Position numbers and translations under genes: made by a program
Notes under the pieces: generated by a model
Seen by the model: the letters and a program-made list of their open reading frames with translations, nothing else
The model's database searches: none
What the model was told of the DNA's origin: nothing
NCBI GenBank assembly: GCA_965112735.1
Contig: OZ218960.1
Location: 434,001 to 498,000 of the forward strand
Length of the DNA: 64,000 bases
Source of the DNA: Phaeosaccion multiseriatum
Lineage: Eukaryota > Protista > Ochrophyta, other classes
Reading direction: 5' to 3'
Part shown: piece by piece, positions 43,105-56,000 of the stretch
Position numbering within the stretch: the first letter of the stretch is position 1
Layout: the number at the start of each line of letters is the position of its first letter

Positions 43105-45329
43105 TTACGCCTTAACTGGTGCTGCCTGTTGAGTGTGCTTGCTCACAAAGCTCCGGACAAGGGGGTTCACAAGCTGGGGTGGGGTGGGGTGGGGTGGGGT
43201 GGGAGGGGGGGGGGAGGTTAGGGGAAGACGAGATAAAGGTGAAGCATAGGAGAGGGAGTCCGGCAGAGAGACAGAGAGGGTCAGAAAGAGAAGCATGGAG
43301 AGAGGGAGGGAGAGAGAGAGAAAGGGTAGAGAGAGAGAGAGAGAGAGCGAGATGAGACAAACCAACACAACCTGACACTGGAGCTGAAACCGTCAGTCCG
43401 TCACTGAAACCGTCCGCCTGTCCTGCTTGCTTACCTGTGGCGCCTCGTCTTGGGGGCAGTGTCCCGCCCCGGGCAGCACGATAAAGTCCTCCACTGCCTC
43501 CTGTGACCCGAAGGCTTCTCTAGCCAGCGCCAGGGGCTCCCACGGGTCCACCTCACCCCACCCAATCACCACGGGCACCTGCAGGCAGGGGGCGGGCAGC
43601 GGGCAGCGGGCAAGGTGGGGATGGATGTGTGTGTACGTGTGTAGGTGAGAGGGGGGGAGAGGAAGAGGGGGGAGAGGGAGGGAGGGGAGGGGGAGAGTGA
43701 TGGAGAGAGAGAGAGAGATAAGTCCAGAGAACAGCTTGCATCCGACGGCACAACCAGACCTGCCCAAAAGCAACAAGTACTATGCCCAAAAGCAACAAGT
43801 ACTACTACACTAAGTGCGGGCTCTAAGAACCAACCTTCTGCTGGGCCAACAGGTCCTCAGGAAGAGGCCCCCCCGAGAACGAAATAAAGTCGAGGAACAC
43901 CTTGACGGCTCCTGTGGTGTGCAACCCAAGCGAAGGAAGGGACAGGGAAGGGAAGGGAGGGGGAGGGAGAAAGAGCGTGTGGTGAGCATCATGCAACTGT
44001 TGGGATGTTGCATCATGGGACCTTTCCTCCCCCTCTCTCTCTCTCTCTCTCTCTCAAAATCTCTCTTATTACACTGCTATCAATCCTCCCTCCGTCCCTC
44101 CCTCTCTACCTGGTGTCAAGCCCGGCTCAAGGATCATCTGCACGAGTTCGTCTGTAACGGCTTCGGGGTCTCCGTAGCATTGCTGCAGAATGCTCTTGAC
44201 CGTCTCCGCCTGAAGGAGGGGCAGTTTGAGTCTCAGTTGGAGAGGGAAAGGTTGCGTTTGAGCTTCACATCCCTCCTTCCTCCCGCCCTTCTTGTTCCCA
44301 TCTTTCCTTCCTTCCGTTCTTCCTCCCCTCCGTCCTTCCCTCACTCCCTCCCTCCCCTCCCCCCTCTCTCTCCTACCTTGGCAACCGAGCCGAAGAAAGC
44401 GGCCCCCAGCGGCGTCTCTCTCAACACGTACTGCAGCGCCTTCACAAAGGGCCTCATCAGCGGCGCCTTCACAAAGCACGAAACGACGCACAAGGATGGC
44501 AGTGGATGGAGGAGGGAGGGAGGGAGGGAGGGAGGGAAGAGCGGTGTTCCGAGAGAGAAGATGGTTACGAACACTTCCACCGCTTCAGAACAAATCCACA
44601 CACCTGTGACTGTCCTCTGTAACTGTCCTCTGCAAGATGGAGCATCGCCCAGCACACACACACAAAAAAAAAAAAAAAACACACACACACACACAGATAC
44701 ACACACAGACACACACACACACACACACACCTGCTTCTCAGTGTGTAGCATGCGCAGAGACACGTTGAGAATGACGATTCCCTTGAAACGCTCCAGAGCA
44801 GCAGAGCCGCTCTTAGCCGCGTCTATGGTGGCCTGCATACCCGCGATGGCTCCCACACTAGTTGGTTGTACGGAGCGGGGGGGGGGGGATCACAATCATG
44901 AGGGCGAAGGAAGCACACGAGGGTTGTCCACCTTCCTGCCTTCCCTTCCGCCCTCCTCTCCCTCCCTCCTCCCCCCCTCCCTGCCTGCCTGCCTGCCTGC
45001 CTGTCTGCCTGCCTGCCCTCATCCCTGCCCTCCCTTCGGCGGTTGGACCCACACACCTGTTGCACACCAAGAAAACAGGTTGCTTGATGACCTGCTCCTG
45101 GAAGTCCAGCAGCTGCTGGCCCCATGTTGAGAAGTTGTACACACCGTTCTTTTCCTTGCGTCGGGAGGATGGATACAGCATGAGGCAATCGGTCAATCAA
45201 ATGAAGGACGGACTTTCTGAGTGGCTTGTTGTAGCCCTCACTGTGTCAATGGGAGAAAGAGAGGCGAACGGAAGAGAGGGGAGGGGGGCTTACCTCCCAG
45301 GGGCCGGGGTCAGGTTTAGACGAGAACCC

Positions 45330-45369
<40 letters not shown>

Positions 45370-46291
45370 TACGAGTGGTGGAGAGCAGGCCGGGATGCGA
45401 GCAAGGCGAACAGGTGAGCGAAAGTATTGGGGCGGGGGGGCAGATGGATGCCTGAAGCAGCGGGATAAGGATGCCCGGTCTCTGAGGTCTCAAAGCTTTT
45501 CGCACGCTGTGTGAGGGCCGTCCGTCCCTCATGCCTCTCCCTCGCCCACCCAGCCACCCACACTCACACTCACCGTATCCGAGGAGGTCGATGGCGTAGC
45601 ACGGCCCATCATGTTGTAGCTCAGCAATGTTCTTCCTAAAGTGATCGGCATTGCCTCCAAAGCCGTGTCTAATGAGCAAGAGGGGTGTAGGGTAGGGGGG
45701 ACGTGCCACATACAGAGAGGGGGAGAGTTACAGAGGAAGGAAGCAAGTCAGTAAGCACCACGCGCGTGACATTTATGGGCACTACAAACTTTGAGAGGCA
45801 ACCGGGCACTTCAGCCACAAGCAACCCGCATGTTGCCTTGTTTTACTCTCCCCGCTCGCTCAGGAAGAGGAAAGGCACAGACGCCACTATCTGACATGAA
45901 GAGCACAGACACCACTCACTTACACGAAGAGCATGGCGGGCCCCGGACTCCCCTCCCCTAAGACCTTGTATCGAATCGTGAAATCCCCCATTGGTCCCGA
46001 CCAGTTCCAGTAGCGGGTCGCCTTGCTCCACTCCTCAGGGAAGTTGTCCACAGCCGCTGCCACGGGAGAGGAGGAGGAGGAAGCCAGAGACATGGCAGGT
46101 CTCTTCCTGCCTACCCGTGCGTAGCTGCTGCTGCTGCTGGTGCTCCATGGTGAACTTCGGCACGCATCTCTCTGGGTGCCCTGCCCCCTTCCACATCCTC
46201 TCTGAGCCAGCAACTGCGGCGCAAGGGAGAACCCGCTACTCTGCTGCACACGCGGGGCCAACAAGCAGAGAGCAGCCAAAGCCACCCGCAT
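43105..46291 (-). CDS. Plastid-targeted pheophytinase-like alpha/beta hydrolase, about 10 exons
   Basis: Signal peptide then SSGFSL; LFVHGFGGNADHFRKN, YAIDLLGYGFSSKP, FLVCNSVG, GWGEVDPWEP, GHCPQDEAP. Confidence 0.9.
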
Positions 46292-46458
46292 ATTTTGTTT
46301 CTTTTTTTTTTCTGCGTGGATTTGGCTTTGCCAGCCACGACGTGGATAAGTCAATGATGGGAGAGGCATCGTCGGCCCACACGTTACTTTTAGGCAGCGC
46401 CGATGGCATCATAAGGGTGTGCACATTGAAAAGCTTCTCCCTTCTTCCTCTTTCCTCG
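46292..46458. promoter_or_regulatory. Putative bidirectional promoter (167 bp) between two plastid-targeted genes
   Basis: Divergent ATGs at 46291 (-) and 46459 (+). Confidence 0.55.
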
Positions 46459-47849
46459 ATGATCGCCTGTGCTTTACGAAATCTCCTCCTCCTGCTGCTG
46501 CTCGGCTGCTGCTGTTCGAGCTGTGGAGCTTTTTGCATCAGCGGCAGGAACACCCCCAGTGGCAGCAGCTGGGGCCTGAGGTATCCCCCTCCGTCTCGCT
46601 TCAGATGCTCTTCTCGGACGGTGGCACGGGCTGCTGCCCGGGGAGACATCACAGCTCCCCTCATCGAGAGGTGGGTACATGCTATGCTCCTGCCCCCACT
46701 TCTTCTTTCGCCTCACCCTTTTTTTTCTTCCTTCTCTCTTTTTGCTTCCGTTCTCTCTCTCACCCGTGCTGCCTTCCCTTCCCTTCCCCCTTCCCCCTTC
46801 CCTCACAGTGTGGCAAACCAAGTCATCAAGGTGCTTTTGGCCAACGGGAGGCACAGAGATGTAGAGGTAATGTTGATGAGGATCTCCTGTCTGGCATCTC
46901 ACTTACTTGGATCATCATCACTAAAAGGAAGGAAGAAGTCCGGCCTGAGGCAATCTTGTCATCTTCCACGCCGTCCTTGCTGCGGAACAACCCCCCTCCT
47001 CAGGTCGAGACGAAGGTACAGAGCTCGGGAATGGAGCTGCTGCAGGGGAGAGTGGAGGGGGGGCAGGTTACGGGCAGCAGGTGGCAGAGCAACCTCGGCT
47101 TCACATGTAGAAGGTAAGGACTGACTGACTGACTGACTGATAGCTTGGTTGCTTGATTTATTGATTGATCGATGGCATCTCCCAAGCTCGGATATAAACG
47201 TTGAAGGAGGACTGAGCATTGATGAACTAATTGACTGATCGATTGGGTGACAGACGGAAGGATGGGCAGATACATGGGCGATTGAGAGACTGATTGATTG
47301 GTTGATTGATTTGTGGCAGCATGCCTCCCAAGCTCACATTATAGAAAGTAAGAGAGATTTGACTGATGGAATGATTCAATTGGATGATTGATTGATTGCT
47401 TGATCGATTCAATATATTAAATGGGCTGATGGATTGGTGGCAGCATGGAAGCTCATGCCCTAGAGGCGCCACTCGAGGCGGGCTGCAGGCTGCTCGCGAT
47501 CCTCAAGATCCAGACAGAAACTTGCCTCGTTTGTTTGCCTCTACCTTTGTAGCTGGCTATACATACTACCCCTCACCCCCCCTCCCTTCCCTCCCCTGTC
47601 CATCCCAATCCCATCCAACCCCAATGGCTATATGCGGCCGCTCCCCTGAGCAGGATTGTCGTCAAGGTTAGCGACGTGAATGTGGACATGGGCGCTCTGG
47701 TGCGCCAGAGAGAGCTCCACTTCACTCGACCCATCCTCGGTACAGCGCTCGTCCAGTTCAACCAGAGAGACTTCGGGGCACTACTCACACACCCCTTCTT
47801 GGGTTACATTCCCTCCCCTATGGCGGCAGAAGCAGAAGCAGCAGCAGCA

Positions 47850-47887
<38 letters not shown>

Positions 47888-48377
47888 TTCGGGAAAGGGC
47901 GAGGGGAAGCAGGGTCGTAGTGGTGGAGCTGACGACCATGTCAACGACGACGACGTGCTTTTCACATTTCGCGGCGACGGGGTGAAGATCGATTCCGCCA
48001 GCTCCACTGTAAGGTTCAGTGGCATGTACAAAGGAGAGCAAATCGGGGTGGAGCTCTGCAAGTCACAGGCTGGCGACGGCGGTGAGGAAGTGGATGGGGT
48101 GGACGGTCCGCAGTTGCGAGCCAACGTCACCCCCATGTCAGCGCCCTCTCCCGCTCATCAGCCTCATCAGTCAGCAGACCAGGAGGGCGCCTTGGCGACT
48201 CTTCGGGAGGCGGTGGAGGAGTATTTCAACGGACTGACGGTCGATTTGTTCGGAGTCAAGCTCATCTTCCAGGATCTCACGTATGAGAAGGGCCCCCCTC
48301 CGAATGGGAAAATCGAGCTCGTGAACATTGCCATGGACGTCGAAATTACGAGCATGCCTACCTCGGCGCGCTTTTGA
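46459..48377 (+). CDS. Plastid-targeted DUF2993/LmeA-like protein
   Basis: Signal peptide then CGAFCIS; ELLQGRVEGGQVTG..W, LHFTRPILGTALVQFNQRDFGALL resemble DUF2993. Confidence 0.6.
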
Positions 48378-49219
48378 AGCCCTTGGAGCTCCATCAGACT
48401 AGACGACAGCTCGCGCTCTCTCTGTCTCTCCCTCTCTCTCTCTCCCCTCTCTCTCTCCCTATCTATCTCTCTCGCCCTGCCTCTTCTCTGGCTCCGAGGG
48501 TCTCTTTCTTCGTATTCTTCCTCTTCCACTTCGGACATCGACATCGACACCGACTTGTTCCTCTTCGATATTTCGACATGGATTGATGGATAGAGCAGCG
48601 CCTGGTTGTGCGTGCGTGCGTGGTGAGCAATCAGGCTTTGTTGTTGTTGCTTTCCTTCGGATGGTGGGGACTGCGCCTTCAGGCCTTGTTTCGAACCACG
48701 ATCCACCATCGCCCGCCCCCCCAGCAGCGGCACTGTGACGTGATACACCGGTATCTGTGAGTGCCCGCCCGGGTCGAGCCGCAGCAGGAGGGACAAGACC
48801 AAAGCAAAGTGCAAACATCGCAAGGAAGATGGAGTGGGAGAGCAGCCCCCTTGCTTGATACGGGCCGAAGGGAAGGAGCTGGCGGGGGGGGGCCTTGGGG
48901 TTCCAGGACAGAGGGAGGGATGGAGGGCCCGCCCAGAACCAGGGCTCGTCCAGAGGGAGGAAGGCCAAGGAGACAATCCACCGGCAGCGTGGAGCGTACC
49001 AGGACGGTAGAGCAGGGCAGGGTGGCGAGTAAGAGAGATGAGGATGAGGAGGAGCAGAGGATGAACAAGCGTTACAGAACGGAGGAAGACCCATCGCAGC
49101 ATCGCCTGCGCCTCTGTTGCCAAGAGGTTGTGAGGTGCCTGCCCGTGGCTGTGAAGGGCGAAGCGGTAGAGCGCGGGAAGGGGGGGGGGCGAAGGCGGTC
49201 AAACCAAGATGAACAAGAC

Positions 49220-49277
<58 letters not shown>

Positions 49278-50379
49278 GTGATGACGATGATGGTGATGGC
49301 GATGGCAACACCCCGCGGTGAGAAGGCGACTTTGATGAAGACTGTTCCTGCTCCATGGAAGTGGTTGTCTTGTGCTCGACGACGATGGAGCACGAGGGAG
49401 GGAAGCAATCAAGAACGCCCCTTTCACGCCTCCCCACGAACGTGCCTCTCCTCTCTCACCACACCCCTTCGGTCAGTCGTGGCCAAAGGGATGACGGACG
49501 TGAGATGGAGGGCGAATGAGACGGTTGCGGCGTGGTGAGTGACGTACACGAGGGGAGACTTGGGGGGGGGGCGGAGGGACGCGAGAGAGTAGCGACACTC
49601 GAGTAGAACGCGCACCTTCCTCGCCTCGTGGGGTCGAAGGGTCTGGGAAGGGGCATCGAGTGGCCCCACCACAGTCTGGCAGGATGGCAGTCTAGGCGAG
49701 CCCCGAGTCGACGGCCGACGTAGGCGTTCAGTCGTTCAGGGCAGAGCAAAGCGTGACCAAGCGACCTGGTAGAGAGGGTAGAGGGTAGACGAGCTAAAGA
49801 AGTAACCGTCCGTCAAGTATTCAAAACCCTAACCCTTGAAGCTAAGTCTGCGTGGTACCGTGGAGGGAGCGCGACAGCCCAGGAGGTGGAGGAGGAGGAG
49901 CAAAGGTCCTGATTTGAGAATCATGGAGCCGAAAAACTAAACCGTTTGGAAATGAAAGCCTGATAATTTCCAGGCTCTTCCAGGAGGCACATTCAAAAAC
50001 GGCTCCAGACGAGGGTTTCCGACCTTATTCTAAGCGGGTTTCCGAGACTGTATACGCGGTGAGTCTGGGAGGGCCCAAAGTCTCACCCTTACGTAAGGAA
50101 AAAATAGCCATCACCCCTAATATTAAGGGGTGTGACGGTTCGGAGAGTTCACACTTGGGTTTATTACGAGATTGGCATTTGACTTGATTTAAGTATAGAA
50201 AAACGGCATGTAAGATATCTGGCAAATATCGATATATTCGATTTTAATGTGCCATGCTTCTGGTGACGTTTCGATGCCTTTTCCGGAAGGAGGGTATAAA
50301 GTGCGTCTGTACTTTAGTCGCAGCAATAGTAGCAGCAGCAGCAGCAGCAGCAGCAGCCCCTCTCCTGTACAGAGTCACG

Positions 50380-51860
50380 TTGCTCTCCACCTAGGATAGG
50401 AGTAGCCGCATGGACAAGGTAATAGCAACCCCAAAGCCAGCCTGGCAGCCAGCCTTGTCTCTATTAGCTTTATCCGTGAGCCATCCTAAACGACCAACCT
50501 GCTGGGAGGTGAGTGAGAAACGGGCCACGCACCGTTTCTCACCGTACTTGCCTGGGCCTGGGCCATTGACATAATACTGACTTTCAACATCCCGGTCAGC
50601 CCTCCCTGCGCTTCTAACATCCCCCTGAACTAAACTATTGCGTGTCCCCACGCAACTCAAGCGGGTGCGCCGACTAAAAGCCTCCATGTTGCTTCCAATA
50701 AAAACGGATGAGAAATATGCAAAACTCCCCCAGGTGTGTGCGCCCGCTCCTCCAACACACACCCTCCTGTATTGGTGAGAAAATCCCACGACTCAAACTC
50801 ACCCACACAGGCTCACCATGACTCAAACTCACCCGCGCAATATCTGTCTCCACTCCTACGCGCCACCAGCTTTGCCAAAGCCTCATTGCGCACCACTAGT
50901 GCGGACTGCTAAAGTGTTTACTGATGTGCCTACAAGGCACCCAGACAGTCCCTAAAGCAGCCTTGCGAGACTGAGGGGACCCATGGGGGAGGTGGTGATG
51001 GTGATGATGGTGGTGAAGAGGGGGTGGGACAGGCGATAGGATGATGATGATGTGGATGATGATGATGATGATGTGGATGATGATGATGTGGAGCCCGTTC
51101 TCACCATATCTGCCTGGGCCTGGGCCATTGACATATGGACCATCTAATCTGAGGCCTTCCAACAGCATCGCCCGCCTCTGTTAGAAGTCGTGCTTTTGCT
51201 AGACTGGTACCTACCCTCTGAATTCAGACCGGGAGGTACCAGTCTAGCAAAAGCACGACTTCTAACAAGCCCATTGCTAGAAGTCGAACCCCCCCCCCCA
51301 CCGCACATAGTGGAGAGAAGTAACTCGCAGTCTGGGAATCAGACTAATGGGTCAGCAAGCCAGCAAGCCGGTTTCTTTGCACGACTTCTAACACCTCCTT
51401 CTAAAGAGGGATGCCGATACGGAGTCGGCCGCCAACGACGGGCGTCGGGCCATCCACATGATATGAGAGAGTAAGCCTGCCAGCGCATTTCCGATTCTTA
51501 GGGCACTTATCGTGTTTGGTACCAGTGTCTGCGCAGTAGGTACCACGGGGTTCTCTGCTGTACACTTACGTGCTGCAGGAGGGACAGCAGATGTCTCTGA
51601 CTAGTGCGTATGTTAACACACCTGCACTCTCGCCATTCCCCAGTATGCCACTCCACCAGGGTGTTTCCCACAACGATGTGTTAAGAGTCACGTTGAGGAC
51701 GACACCCTCCTCCTTCCTTAGCCAGCCTTGTCTCTATTAGCTTCATCCACGAGCCATCCCGAACAATCAGCCTGCTGGGAGTGAGTGAGAAACAGGCCAC
51801 TCACCGTTTCTCACCGTATCTGCCTGGGCCCGGGCCACTGAAAACACTACTGACTTTCAA
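50380..51860 (-). mobile_element. Inverted, fragmented copies of the Helitron-internal repeat family
   Basis: 50390-50970 is a diverged reverse complement of ~59955-60610; partial extra copies at ~51095-51165 and ~51720-51860. Confidence 0.7.
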
Positions 51861-52575
51861 CAGATGACGACGTCATTAAAGTTCTTCTACGCAATTGCTA
51901 CGGCTACCGAGACGCGGTTGCCAGCCCTCGCACATGGGGGAAGACAAAGCCACCGGCCCCGCCCGGTGTAGCTCTCGAACGTCAAACCTCCCACCCTCGC
52001 CGCTTCCCATCGGAGCTGCACAGGCCCAGGTATGTAGCCGCTCGATACCATCAGCCATCTGCGCCAGCTACGACACGGGAGTTGGGTGGGCTGCCCCACA
52101 GGAGCGATACACACCTGATCGGCGAAGATGACAGCAAGACGGTGGGTGAAAATCGAGGGATGGAGGGACCCGGCAACTGCCCAGACCTCGAACATACCCC
52201 TTCCTCCCGCCCCCGTCGCTGTTCGATAGGACTCCACGCTAAGGAAGGACAGCGACCCACCCGGGGCCTCCCCCTCTGCCAAGCAGTTCACCCACGCTCA
52301 CCTTCATTGAAGTTTCTGATTACTGTGACATCAATTTCGCTGGGGAAGAGCGAAGAGCGTGCAAAGAGCAAGCAGACGAGGAGTGTCACGAGTGTAAGAA
52401 AAGGACATATCGACGCAACAAGAGGCGAGATGGGAAGTTGCTGACACACACCTGTAAAACATTGTCCCGGTAACATACTAAGCCCGTTGGACAGGTCACA
52501 AAATACAGTCTTCACGGGGGTTTACACTACACCTGCTCCTGTTCACAGGAGACACTCTGCGCAAAAACCTAAAAC

Positions 52576-52992
52576 CTACCCCGTCGTAACACTACCGTCT
52601 CTAAAGCAGGGCAATGGCAGACACCTGGAACATATTCCCTCGCGTGAATACTTTCTTACGCGTTGGACATGTGCGATAAACTTATCCACAGGAAGTGTTC
52701 CCTTCATGAAGTTACAAGTCCTGCAACAAGAAACACAGTTGTCGTCATCATCATGATCTACACCGGTATATTCCTTACAGCTTTCGCGCTCCTCCTTTGA
52801 CCATCCACCACAGTAGTGACATGGAGCAGAGGTTATTCGTTGGAAGCTGGTCTTAGTGATGTGTACCTTTATCCCACGGCGCGCTGCTTGCGTCAGAAAA
52901 ACGCTCCTGCACTTCTTCGCTGCATATGTCTTGTACTTGAGGGTCTTCCGGTAGCGTCTCTTCTTCAAGGCAAGAGCGCGTTGGGGATCCAA
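52576..52992 (-). pseudogene. Zn-binding HNH endonuclease of the giant-virus/phage type, probably degenerate
   Basis: AARRGIKVHITKTSF..PCHYCG..GVDH..DNCVSCCRTCNFMKG..KFIAHVQRV. No in-frame ATG (ATG at 53014 is out of frame); the usual GY-containing spacer between the GVD and NCV motifs is missing. Confidence 0.78.
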
Positions 52993-53078
52993 TGCCGTGG
53001 CTTCTAGACGGCATCTTCTCCCCCTTCCTGGAAGGTCACATCCATTTGTGAGTATTTCGGATTCAAAGGTCGCTCACG

Positions 53079-56000
53079 TCAAGGGGCATCGGGTGCCGTC
53101 CGCTGGCCATCCAAAAAGTCGTTACGTTTCTGGGACGTGCCATCTGGGACGTCCAGTGGACGTCCGTGAGAGCAGGGGCGTGAGGGGGACGTCCGAAAAA
53201 CCAGACGTCCTCTGTACGTCCTTGGACAGGGTGGACGTACCCGGTACGTCCACCATGTCCTGCACGCACCCCGGACGTCCACTGGCCGTGCGTGCTGGGG
53301 ACGTGCATTGGGTCTTGTCCGTGCCGTGTACGTGTGTGTGTGTGTGTGCGTGTCGGTGAAGGCACGTGCTTGTATACCTCAGGTGGGGGCGCAACCTCGG
53401 CGTGGACTGTGCCACGACCATTGTGTAGACTAGAACAATTGATATTAGTATGCATTGCAGTAGACTGCTTACGAGGCGGAAGGCGAAGTTAGAGTGTGCT
53501 CTGTCTACGACTGCCGTTCCGATGTGAGTGGCGTGCTTAGCGGCTCTCGTCTTCTGGGAGAAGAGGGGCTCCGTTACGGAACCGCTGGGGCGCTCGCCGC
53601 TGCCTCCTCCTGCCCGTGGGTTCGGGGGCCGGCTTGACCTTGGAAAGCCTGCGCTTGTTGCTCCCAACTTTTTTGGCCTTCACCAACTTCTCCTTCCCTG
53701 CCCCCATTCCGGCCGTATTCGCCCGCTTGTGCTCCGCCCCCTCCTCCTGCTGCTGCTCGCCTGTCCTCTTCTGTCTTCTCGCGTTGGGGCCGGAGGTTAG
53801 AGAAGAGAGAGGTGTATCCGAGTTTGGTCCATCATCTCCTCTGAGACGAGCCCGCCTCTCACGTGGCTCATGCGCTTCTCCCACGGCTCCTCCCCGCTCC
53901 TCACTGCCTTTCTGCCTACCCCCCCTGCGCTGCTTCTCGGCCGGCGGAGCTTTTGTGTTGGTATCCTCGGCCGATGTTCGAAACTTCACGGAGACCTCTT
54001 CGTCCTCCGTATCCGACTCCTCCGCCTCCCCCCCCCGCCGCCTGCTGCTGCAGCTCCTTTCCCCTCCCTCGTTCCTTCGCTGTCGTCTCGCCTTGCTTCG
54101 GGGTCATTTCCCTTCTGGCCTCGGCCCGGAGGGTGGAAGACGGAGGCCTGCGTTGCCACCCCCCCCTTCGTCCCGCTGGATGGCTGGGCGCCCCCTGTCG
54201 CTCTCCTTCTCAGACACGGAACTCCCAAGTCTTCGCTCCCCTCGTCGGTGGACGACTGTCCTCCTCTTCCTTCTTCGTCCTTAGTCGAAGGAGAAGGTCT
54301 CGCGAGGGGGTGGGGCCACAGTTCGTGGGGTCTGCCCCCGGAGTTGGTGGGTGCTGGCCCCCCCTGGAGTGCACTTGGATCAATGTCGGGTTGATCCGTG
54401 GCTATGAAATCGTCACACAGGGCCTGGAGTGCCTATACAGGAGTCTCGGGCATCTCCGTGGCTCCTTCATCGTCAAATGTATCACATGTGTTATGGTCGT
54501 CTGCCATGTGCGGGGGCGGGAGGCGGCGGGAATGGGGGGGCGCGGGGGGTCGGAGTTGGGTGAGTACGTCATGTTCCACATCTTCGTCTCCTGCTTCGGT
54601 CTAAACATGCTTCCTCGCTTCCTGTCATATGTGCCCCTGCCCTGCACGCCTGGCCTACTCACCTCCATTGAACCGGGTTGACACGGGAGTACATCTAAAC
54701 ATCGCGATTGGACGCCCATCCGAGTTGCTGTATTGCTGGCCGACTCGATACCGATTCTGATGTAGCCCTTGGTAAAACTGTGGCGGAGGCGCGAGGAAAG
54801 GGGGGGGGGGGGGGGGCATGGAGTGGTACCGGTTAGTGTGATGTATGGGAAGTGGGCACAGGCGCGGTTGGGCGGGCGCAGTCTGATCATCCCTCCTTAT
54901 CTCTCATGCCCTCCCTCACCATGAAGATTGGCCCATTTCTCCATCCTCGCTAAAGATATTCTGATCCCACGTCCTGCCGGTCTGGTTGCCTTTCGGGCGA
55001 AGTCGATTCCTCCGTGTATGCGCGGGGGAGTGTACGTAACGCTAGGGCGGTTCCCCTGAGTTGATTCCCATCCAGCGCCGAAACTTGTTGTCTCATGGCG
55101 GCGGAAAAGCGGGCCCTCTCATCAATATCATCCAGTCTGGCTCTGGCTGCGTCAATCACTGCCTCAAGCGCAGCTGCAGTTCTTGGATCAAAAACGCCCT
55201 GTCGGAGGGGTGTGGAGATGCAGTCTCCTCCGTTGCCGTCGGCCCCCTCATCGCCAGAGGGTGGACTGTAGCCTGGACCCCCTCGCCTGGCAACACCAAC
55301 AGCAAGCAGCAGCAACGGCAACAGCACTGTGATCAGGTTCATTTCAACAGCCAACAGGGGTGGAGGTCCCGTAGCGTCGGGCAAGAGGCAGGTGGCTAGG
55401 TACGGAGGTGGCGTTCATGGAGGCGACAGTAGGGGCGGGACATTATGGAATCACCCCTCAGACTCACCGTCACCGTCGCTCATGGTGATGAAAGCAAGCA
55501 GGAAAAGTATGAAGGACGATGATGCCGGCGGTTGGTATTACTCTTAGAATACCGTTACTCTTTTTTTTTCAAGCCCATAATCGTCAACGGCGAAAAGCGA
55601 GTCCAGTGCAGGGGCCACAAGATGTACGCACTACCGATAGAGAGGCAGGAGAGAGGGCGAAGAGGGAGGGCCGGGTGATGGTGGTGGGTGACGGGAAGAA
55701 GCAAGTTTGATGCGGGGAGCCGAGTAGGCAGCAGCCGATACTACGGGGGAGGGGCGGCACGATGGACACGCGCATGAGAAAGCCGGTGGACGGAGGAGAG
55801 GCGATGGGTTAGGGAGCGGGGGCGCGGCGACATGACACCCTCCTCCGGGGCGGATCGGTGCGAAGGGGAGGGGGGGGGGAGGGGGGGGGGGGTAAGCAGA
55901 GGGACAAGAGGAGGAAGGGTGATGGGGGAGAGGCGAGAGTGTCGTGGAGAGGAAGGTGATGAGGGAAGAGTGGATGGTCTGAGTGCGGGAGGAGGCAGGA

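Noticed and set aside
48459-49750. Poly-His / poly-Met / poly-Asp ORFs and a possible minus-strand gene
   Set aside because: Driven by a (GAT)n microsatellite; I could not build a consistent spliced model or recognise a family.
51876-52515. ORFs downstream of the HNH as additional virus-like genes
   Set aside because: Short, interrupted by stops, no recognisable motifs; cannot support a viral insert call.
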